Shown here: positions 42,066-51,573 of the stretch, one piece after another
Layout: each line of letters opens with the position of its first letter
Numbering within the stretch: position 1 is the stretch's first letter
Source: Spirochaetia bacterium
GTDB lineage: Bacteria > Spirochaetota > Spirochaetia > SZUA-6 > Bin103
Reading direction: 5' to 3'
Length of the DNA stretch: 64,000 nucleotides
NCBI GenBank assembly: GCA_965199955.1
Contig: CBDATQ010000001.1
Location: 2,272,001-2,336,000, forward strand
Translations under genes and position numbers: made by a program
The notes under the pieces: model-generated
Told to the model about the DNA's origin: nothing
The model's input: only the letters and a program-made list of their open reading frames with translations
Databases searched by the model: none

Positions 42066-44629
42066 TGCGCACGCGCTCGACGCCCCGGCGCATCATCCGC
42101 GCCCTGCCGGCGCTGGCCGTCCTGCTCGCCGCCGTGCCGGGCACCGCGCAGCAGCCGGAGCAGCAGTCCGAACAACCGGCACGAGTCTGGTATTTCGGCA
42201 AGCCGATCAGAACGGTGGAGTTCCTCGGCCTGGAGACGGTCGACGAAGCCGAGCTTCGCCCGATCGTGGACCCGTACCTAGGGCAACCCTTCGAGTTGGA
42301 ACTGTATCTCGAGATGGAGGGCGCGCTGTACGCGACGGAGCTGTTCGAACGTCTAGAGGCGGACGCCGAAGAGGGGGACGAGCAGGGATCGACGGTCATC
42401 GTACTCCTGTCGGTGCGGGAGCGGCCGACCATCGACGACATCGTCATCGAGGGCGAGCGCCGGATCCGGGAAGGACAGATACTGAACGTGATGGCGTCCG
42501 AAGCGGATACGATCCTGAACTCCGGCCGGCTCGAGGAGGATCTGGACGCGATCCGGAACCTGTACGAGGCGGACGGGTTCGTCAGCGCTCGGGTCGAGGC
42601 CACAGTCGTCCCTGACGCGGCCGCCAATCGCGTCACCGTGCGCATCTCCATCACGGAAGGCATCCGCACCACCGTGGTCGCGATCGACTTCGTGGGCAAC
42701 GAGTTCGCCTCGGCAGGCACCCTGCGGAGCCAGATGGAGACCCGGGAACGGGCACTGCTACAACGCGGTCTGTTCTCCGAACGCGCCTTTCAGCGAGATC
42801 TCGAGAGCCTGATCTCTTACTACCGGAGCAACGGGTACGTGGACGCCTCCATCGACCGGGTCGAGCGCAGCGTCGAGCACGACGCCGACGGAGACCAGGA
42901 TCTGATCAGCCTCACCCTGCACGTGAGCGAGGGACGGACGTTCCAGTACGCGGGCACGCGATTCGAGGGCAACAGCGTGTTCACCGACGAAGAGTTGCAG
43001 GCGCTCGTGCGCCATCGCCCCGACCGCTCGATCAACCTCGATACCGTCGAAGCCGACTTCGCGCGCGTGCAGGACCTCTATTACGAGAACGGCTACATCT
43101 TCAACGGCTTCGATCAGGAGCTGATCCGCGACGACGATCAGGGAAAGATCCTGGTGGAGGTCACCATCACCGAGCGCGACGGCGCCCACATCGAGAACAT
43201 CACCATCGAAGGCAACGTCAAGACGCAGGAGCACGTGCTGCGCCGAGAGCTGCCGTTCGAGGTCGGCGACGTGTTCAACCGCACCGAGATCGTCCGCGGT
43301 CTGCAGAACCTGTACAACCTGCAGTACTTCACGTCCGTGGAGCCGGGCACCCCCCCCGGCAGCGCACCGGGCCTGATGGACGTGCAGATCACCGTGGAAG
43401 AGGGCACGACCGCGGACATCGGCTTCGGAGCCACCTTTTCCGGCGGCGACTTCCCGCTCTCGGGCTTCGTGCGCTGGTCCGAGCGGAACTTCAGCGGACT
43501 TGGGCAGACGGTCAGCGTGGACCTGTCGGCGTCTCAACTCCGTCAGGCGCTGTCGCTGGGCTTCCGCGAGCCCTGGCTCCTCGGTCAACCGTGGTCCGCG
43601 GGGATCACCCTGGGCGGCGAGCATTCCGTGGTCCGCGGCGTCGCGCAGGACATACTCCACCCGGTGTTCACCGACGCCGAGTCGGAGCAGGCCGTGCCCG
43701 ACCCCTACGTCTCCAAGGACGACTACAGTTCCGGCACGTTGATCCCGGACCAGTACACCATGCAGTACGACACGTTCGCGATCTCGGCGGAGGTCTCCAG
43801 CGGCTACCGGTTCGACACCCTGCTCGGCCGCGTCATCGTGCGGGGCGGATTCGGCTCCAGCCTCGAGTTCCTGGTCTACGACCCACAGGTCAACCGGCCC
43901 TTCGACCAGACGATCCGCGACCAGTTCGAGCGCTGGAGCGTGGTCAACAGCCTCTGGACGGGCGTGGCATGGGACCGGCGCGACTTCTTCCTGAATCCCA
44001 CCGCCGGGACGCTGCTGAGCCAGCGCGTCACCCTGACCGGTGGGCCGCTGTCCGGAGACCGGCACTTCATCGTCCTCGATAGCCAGGCCGAAGCCTTCGC
44101 CACGCTGTTCGAGCTACCGGTGTCCGACGTGTTCGACCTGAGAGTCGTGCTCGCCGGCCACACCGGCTTCTCCGTGATCCTTCCCCAGCTCCGCAGTTGC
44201 GGCGCCGTCAACGACGGCGATCCGGGACTGTGCTGGGACCAGGTTCTGGGTCAGGAAGACCTTCTGATCATCGATGGAACCAGCGTGGGCCGGGGGTGGG
44301 AGCCGGTGCTCGACGGCGAGGCGCTGTGGGACAACAAGCTGGAGCTGCGGGTGCCGATCGATCCCCAGATCATCTGGGGCGTCGTGTTCCTGGACGCCGC
44401 CCTGCTGTGGGACGACCGCGGCGCCATCGGCAACACGTCGCTCGACGACGTTCACTTCAGCGCCGGCTTCGGCCTTCGCTTCGCGGTGCCGCAATTGCCG
44501 TTGCGGCTCTACCTCGCCAAGCCGTTCGCGTTCCAGGACGGCCGACTCGGTGACCCGCCCGGCACCCAAAGCAGCGGCCCGCTGGGTGGCATGAATCTCG
44601 TCCTGGGACTCGGCGGCGACACGTTCTGA
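42065..44629 (+). CDS. bamA: Outer membrane protein assembly factor BamA
   Basis: POTRA repeats (FEGNSVF, IEGNVKT..VLRRE), ERNFSGLGQ, FREPWL, GRGW, terminal Phe. Confidence 0.95.
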   Translation: MRTRSTPRRIIRALPALAVLLAAVPGTAQQPEQQSEQPARVWYFGKPIRTVEFLGLETVDEAELRPIVDPYLGQPFELELYLEMEGALYATELFERLEADAEEGDEQGSTVIVLLSVRERPTIDDIVIEGERRIREGQILNVMASEADTILNSGRLEEDLDAIRNLYEADGFVSARVEATVVPDAAANRVTVRISITEGIRTTVVAIDFVGNEFASAGTLRSQMETRERALLQRGLFSERAFQRDLESLISYYRSNGYVDASIDRVERSVEHDADGDQDLISLTLHVSEGRTFQYAGTRFEGNSVFTDEELQALVRHRPDRSINLDTVEADFARVQDLYYENGYIFNGFDQELIRDDDQGKILVEVTITERDGAHIENITIEGNVKTQEHVLRRELPFEVGDVFNRTEIVRGLQNLYNLQYFTSVEPGTPPGSAPGLMDVQITVEEGTTADIGFGATFSGGDFPLSGFVRWSERNFSGLGQTVSVDLSASQLRQALSLGFREPWLLGQPWSAGITLGGEHSVVRGVAQDILHPVFTDAESEQAVPDPYVSKDDYSSGTLIPDQYTMQYDTFAISAEVSSGYRFDTLLGRVIVRGGFGSSLEFLVYDPQVNRPFDQTIRDQFERWSVVNSLWTGVAWDRRDFFLNPTAGTLLSQRVTLTGGPLSGDRHFIVLDSQAEAFATLFELPVSDVFDLRVVLAGHTGFSVILPQLRSCGAVNDGDPGLCWDQVLGQEDLLIIDGTSVGRGWEPVLDGEALWDNKLELRVPIDPQIIWGVVFLDAALLWDDRGAIGNTSLDDVHFSAGFGLRFAVPQLPLRLYLAKPFAFQDGRLGDPPGTQSSGPLGGMNLVLGLGGDTF

Positions 44630-44685
44630 GGCAGGTTCCCGGCGGTCCTCGGGCGGGCGTCGCCACGCTGGCCGGAGCGGCTCGG

Positions 44686-45240
44686 ATGATGATGCGCAAA
44701 CGGCGAGGACAGATGCGCGTTGCGGCGTGTGCCCTCGTCGCCGCCCTGCTGGCGCTGCCGGCTCCCGCGACCGCCCAGGAGTTGATCACCCGCATGGGCG
44801 TCGTCGATCTCGACAGGATCGTGCGCGCCTTCTACCTCGAGTCGGAAGCATTCCGGGCCTACCAGGCACGGCGTGCAGAAGTCATCGCCGAGCGAGAGGA
44901 AGTCGAAGATGAGATCCACATCCTGGAGCTGGATCTCATCCGCGCACGGCAGGACGGGAGCCGCAGTCTGGCGCTGAGGCTCGAACAGCAGGTCTTCGAC
45001 ATGAAGGATCACCTGTCGCAGTACGTGCGCGTGATGAACGACCGACTGCAACGCATGTACCAAGACCTGACGACATCGGACCTGTTCATCGGCGAGCTGG
45101 CGGACGCGCTCCGATACGTGGCAGAGGAGCTTGGCTACACGGTGATTCTTGACACCGACGACGTGCTGCACTGGGATACCGACGTCGACCTGACCGACGA
45201 GGTCATAGCTGAGCTTGCCCGGCGAGCCGCCCGACGCTAG
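44686..45240 (+). CDS. skp: OmpH/Skp periplasmic chaperone
   Basis: Signal peptide; MGVVDLDRI; GYTVILD; VDLTDEVI; follows bamA. Confidence 0.85.
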   Translation: MMMRKRRGQMRVAACALVAALLALPAPATAQELITRMGVVDLDRIVRAFYLESEAFRAYQARRAEVIAEREEVEDEIHILELDLIRARQDGSRSLALRLEQQVFDMKDHLSQYVRVMNDRLQRMYQDLTTSDLFIGELADALRYVAEELGYTVILDTDDVLHWDTDVDLTDEVIAELARRAARR

Positions 45241-45344
45241 CGCCCCAATATCGTCGCCGTAAGCTCCGCTATTGGCCCATCCCACCTTTCGCCACCGCCA
45301 CCGTCGGATATGTCGCTGACGCGCCACATCCGACAGACTCGTAG
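45237..45344 (-). repeat. Dispersed ~105-bp repeat, copy 2 (inverted)
   Basis: Reverse complement matches 30235-30342. Confidence 0.9.
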
Positions 45345-45756
45345 CGCCCGGGGGCGGCTCCTGGGCGTGGATCTGGGTACGCGGCGCATCGGCCTGGCCC
45401 TGTCGGATCCCGCTGGGGTCATCGCCTCTCCGCTGGCGACCTTGCCGGCCACGACCGAAGCGGCGCTGCTCGACGAACTCCTTGGCACCTGCGGCGAACA
45501 CGAGGTTCGGCTGATCGTGATCGGGCATCCGGTTCGCACCGACGGCACGCCGACGCCGCTCGGCGTGCGCGCCGAACGGCTTGCGGAGAAGCTGACCGCC
45601 GGCGGGATCCCCGCCTGCACGTGGGACGAGCAGTTCACCAGCCGCGCCGCAGCCACCGCGATCGGTCGCCGGAGGCGCCAGGGCGACCGCGGCCGGATAG
45701 ACCGCATGGCGGCCGCACTCATGCTGCAGGACTACCTCGAGCACGGGTACGCTTGA
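45310..45756 (+). CDS. ruvX: YqgF/RuvX pre-16S rRNA nuclease
   Basis: LLGVDLGTRRIGLALSD, IVIGHP, WDEQFTS, IDRMAAALMLQ. Confidence 0.93.
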   Translation: MSLTRHIRQTRSARGRLLGVDLGTRRIGLALSDPAGVIASPLATLPATTEAALLDELLGTCGEHEVRLIVIGHPVRTDGTPTPLGVRAERLAEKLTAGGIPACTWDEQFTSRAAATAIGRRRRQGDRGRIDRMAAALMLQDYLEHGYA

Positions 45757-45761
45757 AGCGG

Positions 45762-48359
45762 ATGAGCGGACGGACCCCCATGATGGGGCAGTATCTGCGT
45801 CTGAAGGCGTCGCAGCCGGGTGCGATCCTGTTCTTTCGGCTCGGGGACTTCTACGAGATGTTCGCGGAGGATGCGGAGCAGGCCGCGCCGATCCTGGACA
45901 TCGCGCTCACAAAACGTAACGGCGTGCCGATGTGCGGCGTTCCCCATCGCGCCGCGCAGACCTACCTGACGAAGCTGCTGCGGGCCGGACGCAAGGTGGC
46001 TATCTGCGAGCAGGTCGGGCTTCCCGAGGGCGGGCTGACCGAGCGGCGGGTCGTAGAAGTGGTCACCCCGGGAACGATCGTCGACGAGCGCCTGCTCGAC
46101 CACGCCAGCAACAACTACCTGGCGGCGCTGGCCGACGGCGGCGCGGCCCTGGCGCTGGCGTGGGCCGATCTTTCCACCGGCGAACTGCGAGCCACCCGCT
46201 TGCCGCCCAGCCAGACGGAGCTGTGGCTGCGCGACCACATGCAGCGTCTGGCACCGCGGGAGCTGATCGTCCAGGAGAGCCTGCTGGACGCCGGCTCGCC
46301 GGCGGAGCGCGTGCTGGCGGAACGGCCGGACCTGGTGCTCAACCGATATCCGGACTGGCACTTCGACGCCGACGGAAACCACGAGATCCTGTGCCGCCAG
46401 TTCGGCGTGATCGACCTGCGCTCGTTCGGACTGGGGCGGACGGACGCGGAAGTGCGGGCCGCCGGCGCTCTGGTAGGTTTCATCCGGCAGCACGCCCTGC
46501 ACGATGCTCCCCACCTCGACGACCTCGTCGTGGAGGCGGTCGACGCACATCTCCGCATCGACGAGCCCACGCAACGCAATCTGGAGCTCACCGCCAATCT
46601 CCTCGACGGCGGTCGCGAGCACACCCTGCTCGCGACCCTGGATCGCACGCGGACGGCGGTCGGCGCACGGCTGCTTCGTCGGTCGATCCTGGCGCCAGAG
46701 CGCGATCGGGACTCGATCGAACGCCGCCTCGACGACGTGGAAGCGCTGTTCCGCGACCAGGTACTGCTGTCCCGCTTGCGCGCGGAGCTGGACCGCTTTC
46801 GGGATCTCGAGCGGCTGACGGCGCGCATCTCCATGGGCCGTTCCGACGCGCGCGAGCTGCTGGCGATCCGCACCTGCCTGCAGTGCGCGCTCACCGTCAC
46901 CGAGCTCCTGACCGACTGCGTTCCCCGGCTGGCCGCGGCACTCCGCGCTCACGACCAAGACCTCCGGCCGCTGCTCGAAGCCCTGCTCGAAGCCCTGTGC
47001 GACACGCCCGGGGGCACGGCGTTCCGGGCCGGACACTCGGCGGACCTGGACCGCCGGCAGGACGCGGCCGAGGCGGCCGAGCGGGAACTTGCGCAGTACA
47101 CGGACGAGGTGCGGACGGAAACCGGCATCGCGTCGGTGCGGCTGAAGCACAACCGCGTGCTCGGCTATTTCTTTGACATCACCAGACCGAACCTGAGCCG
47201 AGTGCCCGACCACTTCATCCGCAGGCAGAGCCTTGCCAACTCGGAACGCTTCACGACCGAACGGCTCATGGACCTGGACGCCCGCATCGGACGGGCGCAG
47301 GCTGACCGTGAGGAGTTGGAGCGGGCGGGCCTCGTCGCGCTGTGGCAACGGGTCGCCGGGCAGTCGGCAGCGCTGCTCCGACGGGCCGCCGCGGTCGCGG
47401 AGATCGACTTGGTGCAGTCACTGGCGCAGGCTGCCACCGAGCTCGGCTACACCCGTCCGACGTTCGTAGACGAGGACGTCCTGGAGATCCGCGGCGGCCG
47501 GCATCCGGTGGTGGAGGCAGCCTTGCCGGGCGGGACCTTCATCCCGAACGGGATCGACCTGGGGACCTCGGAGAGGGTCGTGCTGCTGACGGGACCCAAC
47601 ATGGCCGGCAAGTCCACCTATCTGCGGCAGGCGGCCCTGATCGCGATCATGAGCCACGTCGGCTCGTTCGTGCCCGCCGAGCAGGCCCGCCTCGGAGTCG
47701 TCGACGCCGTTTATTGTCGGGTCGGTGCAAGCGACAACATCGCACGCGGGGAATCGACGTTCCTGGTGGAGATGGCCGAAACGGCGCGCATACTGCGCCT
47801 GGCGCGCCCGACCAGCCTGGTGATCATGGATGAGATCGGCCGGGGAACCGGCAGCGACGACGGGCTGGCGATCGCCCGTGCCGTACTGGAGCATCTGCTT
47901 GCCACCGTGCACGCCAAGACGCTGTTCGCCACCCACTTCCGGGAACTGACGGCACTGGAGCATCCCCGGCTCGTGAACCGGTCGATGGCCGTCATGGAGC
48001 GCGACGGCGACGTCGTGTTCCTGAAGACGGTGGTGGACGGGCCGGCCGACCGCTCGCACGGTATCCACGTCGCGCGCATGGCCGGGATCCCGGGCAGCGT
48101 CAGCGATCTGGCCGCACGGTATCTCGAAGACTCGCTGGGGGCGGGCCGCGCGCGGCCGACAGGAATCCCCGCGCAGACCGAGGCACCGTCGCAACCGCCT
48201 CTGTTCGACGCCCCTCATCCTGACGGCCGGCCGTCAGGCGGCCGGGAGCCGGTGCGCGGGGCTGCCGTCATCGACGAATTGCTCCGGCTGGACCTGGGCA
48301 TCCTGCGCCCGATCGACGCGCTCAACCTTCTGCACGAGTGGCAGCGGCGCGTCCGGTGA
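45762..48359 (+). CDS. mutS: DNA mismatch repair protein MutS
   Basis: TPMMGQY, FRLGDFYEMF, GPNMAGKST, STFLVEM, DEIGRGT. Confidence 0.97.
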   Translation: MSGRTPMMGQYLRLKASQPGAILFFRLGDFYEMFAEDAEQAAPILDIALTKRNGVPMCGVPHRAAQTYLTKLLRAGRKVAICEQVGLPEGGLTERRVVEVVTPGTIVDERLLDHASNNYLAALADGGAALALAWADLSTGELRATRLPPSQTELWLRDHMQRLAPRELIVQESLLDAGSPAERVLAERPDLVLNRYPDWHFDADGNHEILCRQFGVIDLRSFGLGRTDAEVRAAGALVGFIRQHALHDAPHLDDLVVEAVDAHLRIDEPTQRNLELTANLLDGGREHTLLATLDRTRTAVGARLLRRSILAPERDRDSIERRLDDVEALFRDQVLLSRLRAELDRFRDLERLTARISMGRSDARELLAIRTCLQCALTVTELLTDCVPRLAAALRAHDQDLRPLLEALLEALCDTPGGTAFRAGHSADLDRRQDAAEAAERELAQYTDEVRTETGIASVRLKHNRVLGYFFDITRPNLSRVPDHFIRRQSLANSERFTTERLMDLDARIGRAQADREELERAGLVALWQRVAGQSAALLRRAAAVAEIDLVQSLAQAATELGYTRPTFVDEDVLEIRGGRHPVVEAALPGGTFIPNGIDLGTSERVVLLTGPNMAGKSTYLRQAALIAIMSHVGSFVPAEQARLGVVDAVYCRVGASDNIARGESTFLVEMAETARILRLARPTSLVIMDEIGRGTGSDDGLAIARAVLEHLLATVHAKTLFATHFRELTALEHPRLVNRSMAVMERDGDVVFLKTVVDGPADRSHGIHVARMAGIPGSVSDLAARYLEDSLGAGRARPTGIPAQTEAPSQPPLFDAPHPDGRPSGGREPVRGAAVIDELLRLDLGILRPIDALNLLHEWQRRVR

Positions 48360-49078
48360 ACGGCACCGCGGCATGCGGCTCCGCGCTGCGAGCGCTGATC
48401 ACGCACGCGCTCATGGAACGTTGCCTGGCATGCGGCGCTGCGCTGACGTGCGCCGGCGACTACCGCGCTCCCGTGTGCGCTGCCTGCCGGTCGCGGCTGG
48501 AGGTGATCACGGGACGCCGGTGCCTCACGTGCAGCCGCCAGCTCATGTCGGAGACGAACCGGTGCACCCGGTGCCGGAACCGGGACTACGCGTTCGCGTC
48601 CAACACATCGCTTCTCGCCTATACCGGCGCGACCCGGCGCCTGCTGTACCACTACAAGTTCAAGGCGCGAACGCGGCTGGCCGACCTGTTCGCCTGCGCC
48701 CTGGACTCTGCCGGGCTCGTGGCGGGCGACAGTCACGTCATCCCGGTCCCGGCTCGACCGCGAAGCCCGGTGCACCGGACGTCGACGAGATTCGACCAGA
48801 CCGGACTGATCGCGCGCAGTCTGCGCCGCCGGACGGGTTGCACCGTCCACAACGCCCTCCGCCGCAACACGGGGCCGCCCCAGAAGCGGCTCGACTACGA
48901 TGCGCGATCGCGTAACGTCGCCGGCCGCATCCGTCCCGCCACCACCCGGCCGCTGCCGGAACGGGTCATACTGCTGGACGACGTGTTCACGACGGGAGCG
49001 ACCGCGCATGAATGTGCTCTGGTGCTGGCGCGCTGTGGGGTGCGGGAAACCCGCGTGGTGACCGTCGCGCTGGGCTGA
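48356..49078 (+). CDS. comF: ComF family protein
   Basis: Double zinc ribbon; VIPVP; PRPP motif ILLDDVFTTGAT. Confidence 0.88.
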   Translation: MNGTAACGSALRALITHALMERCLACGAALTCAGDYRAPVCAACRSRLEVITGRRCLTCSRQLMSETNRCTRCRNRDYAFASNTSLLAYTGATRRLLYHYKFKARTRLADLFACALDSAGLVAGDSHVIPVPARPRSPVHRTSTRFDQTGLIARSLRRRTGCTVHNALRRNTGPPQKRLDYDARSRNVAGRIRPATTRPLPERVILLDDVFTTGATAHECALVLARCGVRETRVVTVALG

Positions 49079-49103
49079 GCCGCCGCTCCGTTACCCCCCG
49101 GCC

Positions 49104-49133
49104 TTGACCGGCTCGCCCGATCCGCTCTACCTT
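49104..49133 (+). promoter_or_regulatory. Putative sigma70 promoter of the rimP-nusA operon
   Basis: TTGACC-18 nt-TACCTT. Confidence 0.45.
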
Positions 49134-49188
49134 GATCATGCGCCGGGAAGCCGCGCGGAGCGGTGATTCTGGCAGGATTGTATCGGTG

Positions 49189-49215
49189 GGAGTCGATGGG
49201 TTCGACTCCTTTTTT
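49189..49215 (+). terminator. Intrinsic terminator/attenuator in the rimP leader
   Basis: Stem GGAGTCGA/TCGACTCC followed by T6. Confidence 0.75.
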
Positions 49216-49301
49216 GTGCCTGAGGCGGTGGCGTGGGTCGCGGGACTCGCGTCGGCCTCGTAGTCCGGATTGTCCGGGGAGGTGACAGGTTGTCCGGGGA
49301 G

Positions 49302-49901
49302 GTGAGGAACGGCGCCGGTCAGTACGGCGCCGGCGGCGATCGCGACGCGGCAGCGGCCGCCTCGCCGTCCGTTGCGGAACCTGCGGCGCGACAGCACGAC
49401 GGCGTGCGGTTGAGCGGCTTCGCCGAGCAGGTCCGCTCGGAAGTGGAGCCGGCGGTACGTTCGTACGGCTTTGCCCTGGTGGAGCTGGACGCCGCACGCC
49501 TCGCGCGGCGCAGCTTGGTCCGCCTGGTGGTGTACCGGGCCGGCGCGATGACGGTGGACGACTGCGCGGAGCTGGCGCGGGCCGTGCGCTATCGGCTGGC
49601 ACTGGTGCCCGGCGCCGAAGACGCCCGGCTGGAGGTGAGTACGCCCGGGACCGAGCGCCAGCTCAAGTCGCCGCACGAGTACGCGATCTTCCGCGGACGG
49701 ACGGTGGCGGTACTGGTGGGTGACGACTGGGTGCGGGGCGTCATCCTGTCGGCCGAAGACGGTATAGTAACGCTTCACACCGGCACGGCAGAGCAAGAGA
49801 TCGAGACAGGACGGATCAGGAAGGGACGGTTGAGCGAAGACATGATTGACCGAAGCAATCACGACGGACCTGGGGACGGGGACCGAAACGATGTCCAGTG
49901 A
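49302..49901 (+). CDS. rimP: Ribosome maturation factor RimP
   Basis: MTVDDCAELAR, LEVSTPGTERQL; upstream of nusA; GGAGG before GTG. Confidence 0.88.
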   Translation: MRNGAGQYGAGGDRDAAAAASPSVAEPAARQHDGVRLSGFAEQVRSEVEPAVRSYGFALVELDAARLARRSLVRLVVYRAGAMTVDDCAELARAVRYRLALVPGAEDARLEVSTPGTERQLKSPHEYAIFRGRTVAVLVGDDWVRGVILSAEDGIVTLHTGTAEQEIETGRIRKGRLSEDMIDRSNHDGPGDGDRNDVQ

Positions 49902-51555
49902 GATGGCGTTGGCGATCCGCCAACTGGTACAGGACCGCGGCATCTCCGAGGACCTGATCGTCAAGACGGTCGAGGACGTGCTGCTCGCAGCCTACAAGCG
50001 CCGATTCGGCACGTCCGAGAACGCCGTCATCCGCTTCAACGATGACGCCACCGATGTCACCATCTTTGCGCAGAAGCGCATCGTCGCCGTGGTTGACGAC
50101 CGGGTCACGGAGATCGGGCTGCAGGACGCGCTGGGTTACGACGACCAGGCGGAGATCGGCGACGAGCTGCTGATCGAGATCAATCCGCGCGACTTCGATC
50201 GCGTCTCCATCCAGAGCGCCAAGCAGCGCGCTCGACAGACGCTTCGCGAGATCCAGAAGGACACGCTGTACTCGGAGTATGAGGACAAGGTCGGTGAGAT
50301 GATCATCGGATACCACCAGCGCGAGCGGAACGGCGCCATCTTCGTCGATCTGGGCAAGGCGGAAGGCATCATGCCGCGAAAGTACCAGAGCCCGCGGGAG
50401 GTCTATCGGCCGAACGACCGCATCCGCGCCCTCATCTACGAAGTGGAGAAGACCCCCACCGGCCTGCAGATCATCCTGTCGCGCACGCACACGCAGTTCG
50501 TGCGCAAGATCTTCGAGCTCGAGGTGCCGGAGATCTACGATGGCACGATCGAGATCTACAAGATGGTCCGGGAGCCCGGCTACCGAACCAAGATGGCCGT
50601 GTACTCCACCCGCGATGACGTGGATCCGGTCGGCGCCTGCGTCGGCATGCGTGGCGCGCGCATCCAGGCGGTCGTCCGGGAGCTGGAAGGCGAGAAGATC
50701 GACGTTCTGAAGTATGATCCCGATCCTGCCGTGTTCATCAGGAACGCCTTGCAGCCGGCCGAGGTCGAAGAAGTGATCATCGTGGACGACGCGACACGGC
50801 ATGCCCTGGCCGTCGTCCACGATGGTCAATTCTCGCTCGCCATCGGCCGCCAGGGACTGAATGTCCGGCTCGCGAACCGCTTGGTGGACTGGAACATCGA
50901 CGTCAAGACCCGCGCCCAGGTCGCGGACATGGATCTGGGCGGAGAGCAGAAACGGGAAGCGGCGGCGCTGTTCTCGGAAGACGAGGCGCAGGAGATCGAC
51001 CTCATCTCGGAGCTGCCGGGAGTTCCCGAACGCATCGCGGCGGCATTGGCCGAGCAGGGCATAGAACGCATCGAGGATCTGGTCGAAATGTCCGATGACC
51101 AGCTTGCAGCCACCCGCGGCCTGACCTCCGAGGACATTTCGACGATCCGCAACCTTCTCGACGAGACGGTGGAGATCGTCGAAGAGGACGAGGTGGACCC
51201 GGGGGACGAAGCTCCGCCGCCGGCCGATCAGGCCGACGTGCCGGTCGCGGAAGCTGCACCAGCCGGCGACGTGGCCGAAGAGGCCGGCGCGGTGGAAGAG
51301 GCTGGCGTGGCCGAAGAGATCGACGTGGTGGAAGAGGTCGAGGAGATCACCGCCGTCTCGGAACTGGGGCTCGAGCAGCGCGTCACCGATGCGCTGGCGG
51401 CAGCCGGAGTCCAGGAGGCCGAAGCTCTCATGTCGATGTCGGAGACCGAGCTCTCCGGCGTGCCCGGTCTCAGCCCGGACGACGTGGCGGGGATACGGCA
51501 ACTGCTTGAAGAGAACGTGGTGATCATCGAGGAACCGCCGGAAGGCGACGAGTAG
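49891..51555 (+). CDS. nusA: Transcription factor NusA with extended acidic C-terminus
   Basis: SRTH, FELEVPEI, REPGYRTK, GACVGMRG, SLAIGRQGLNVRLA. Confidence 0.97.
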   Translation: MSSEMALAIRQLVQDRGISEDLIVKTVEDVLLAAYKRRFGTSENAVIRFNDDATDVTIFAQKRIVAVVDDRVTEIGLQDALGYDDQAEIGDELLIEINPRDFDRVSIQSAKQRARQTLREIQKDTLYSEYEDKVGEMIIGYHQRERNGAIFVDLGKAEGIMPRKYQSPREVYRPNDRIRALIYEVEKTPTGLQIILSRTHTQFVRKIFELEVPEIYDGTIEIYKMVREPGYRTKMAVYSTRDDVDPVGACVGMRGARIQAVVRELEGEKIDVLKYDPDPAVFIRNALQPAEVEEVIIVDDATRHALAVVHDGQFSLAIGRQGLNVRLANRLVDWNIDVKTRAQVADMDLGGEQKREAAALFSEDEAQEIDLISELPGVPERIAAALAEQGIERIEDLVEMSDDQLAATRGLTSEDISTIRNLLDETVEIVEEDEVDPGDEAPPPADQADVPVAEAAPAGDVAEEAGAVEEAGVAEEIDVVEEVEEITAVSELGLEQRVTDALAAAGVQEAEALMSMSETELSGVPGLSPDDVAGIRQLLEENVVIIEEPPEGDE

Positions 51556-51573
51556 GGGGCGGACAGCAGAGAC

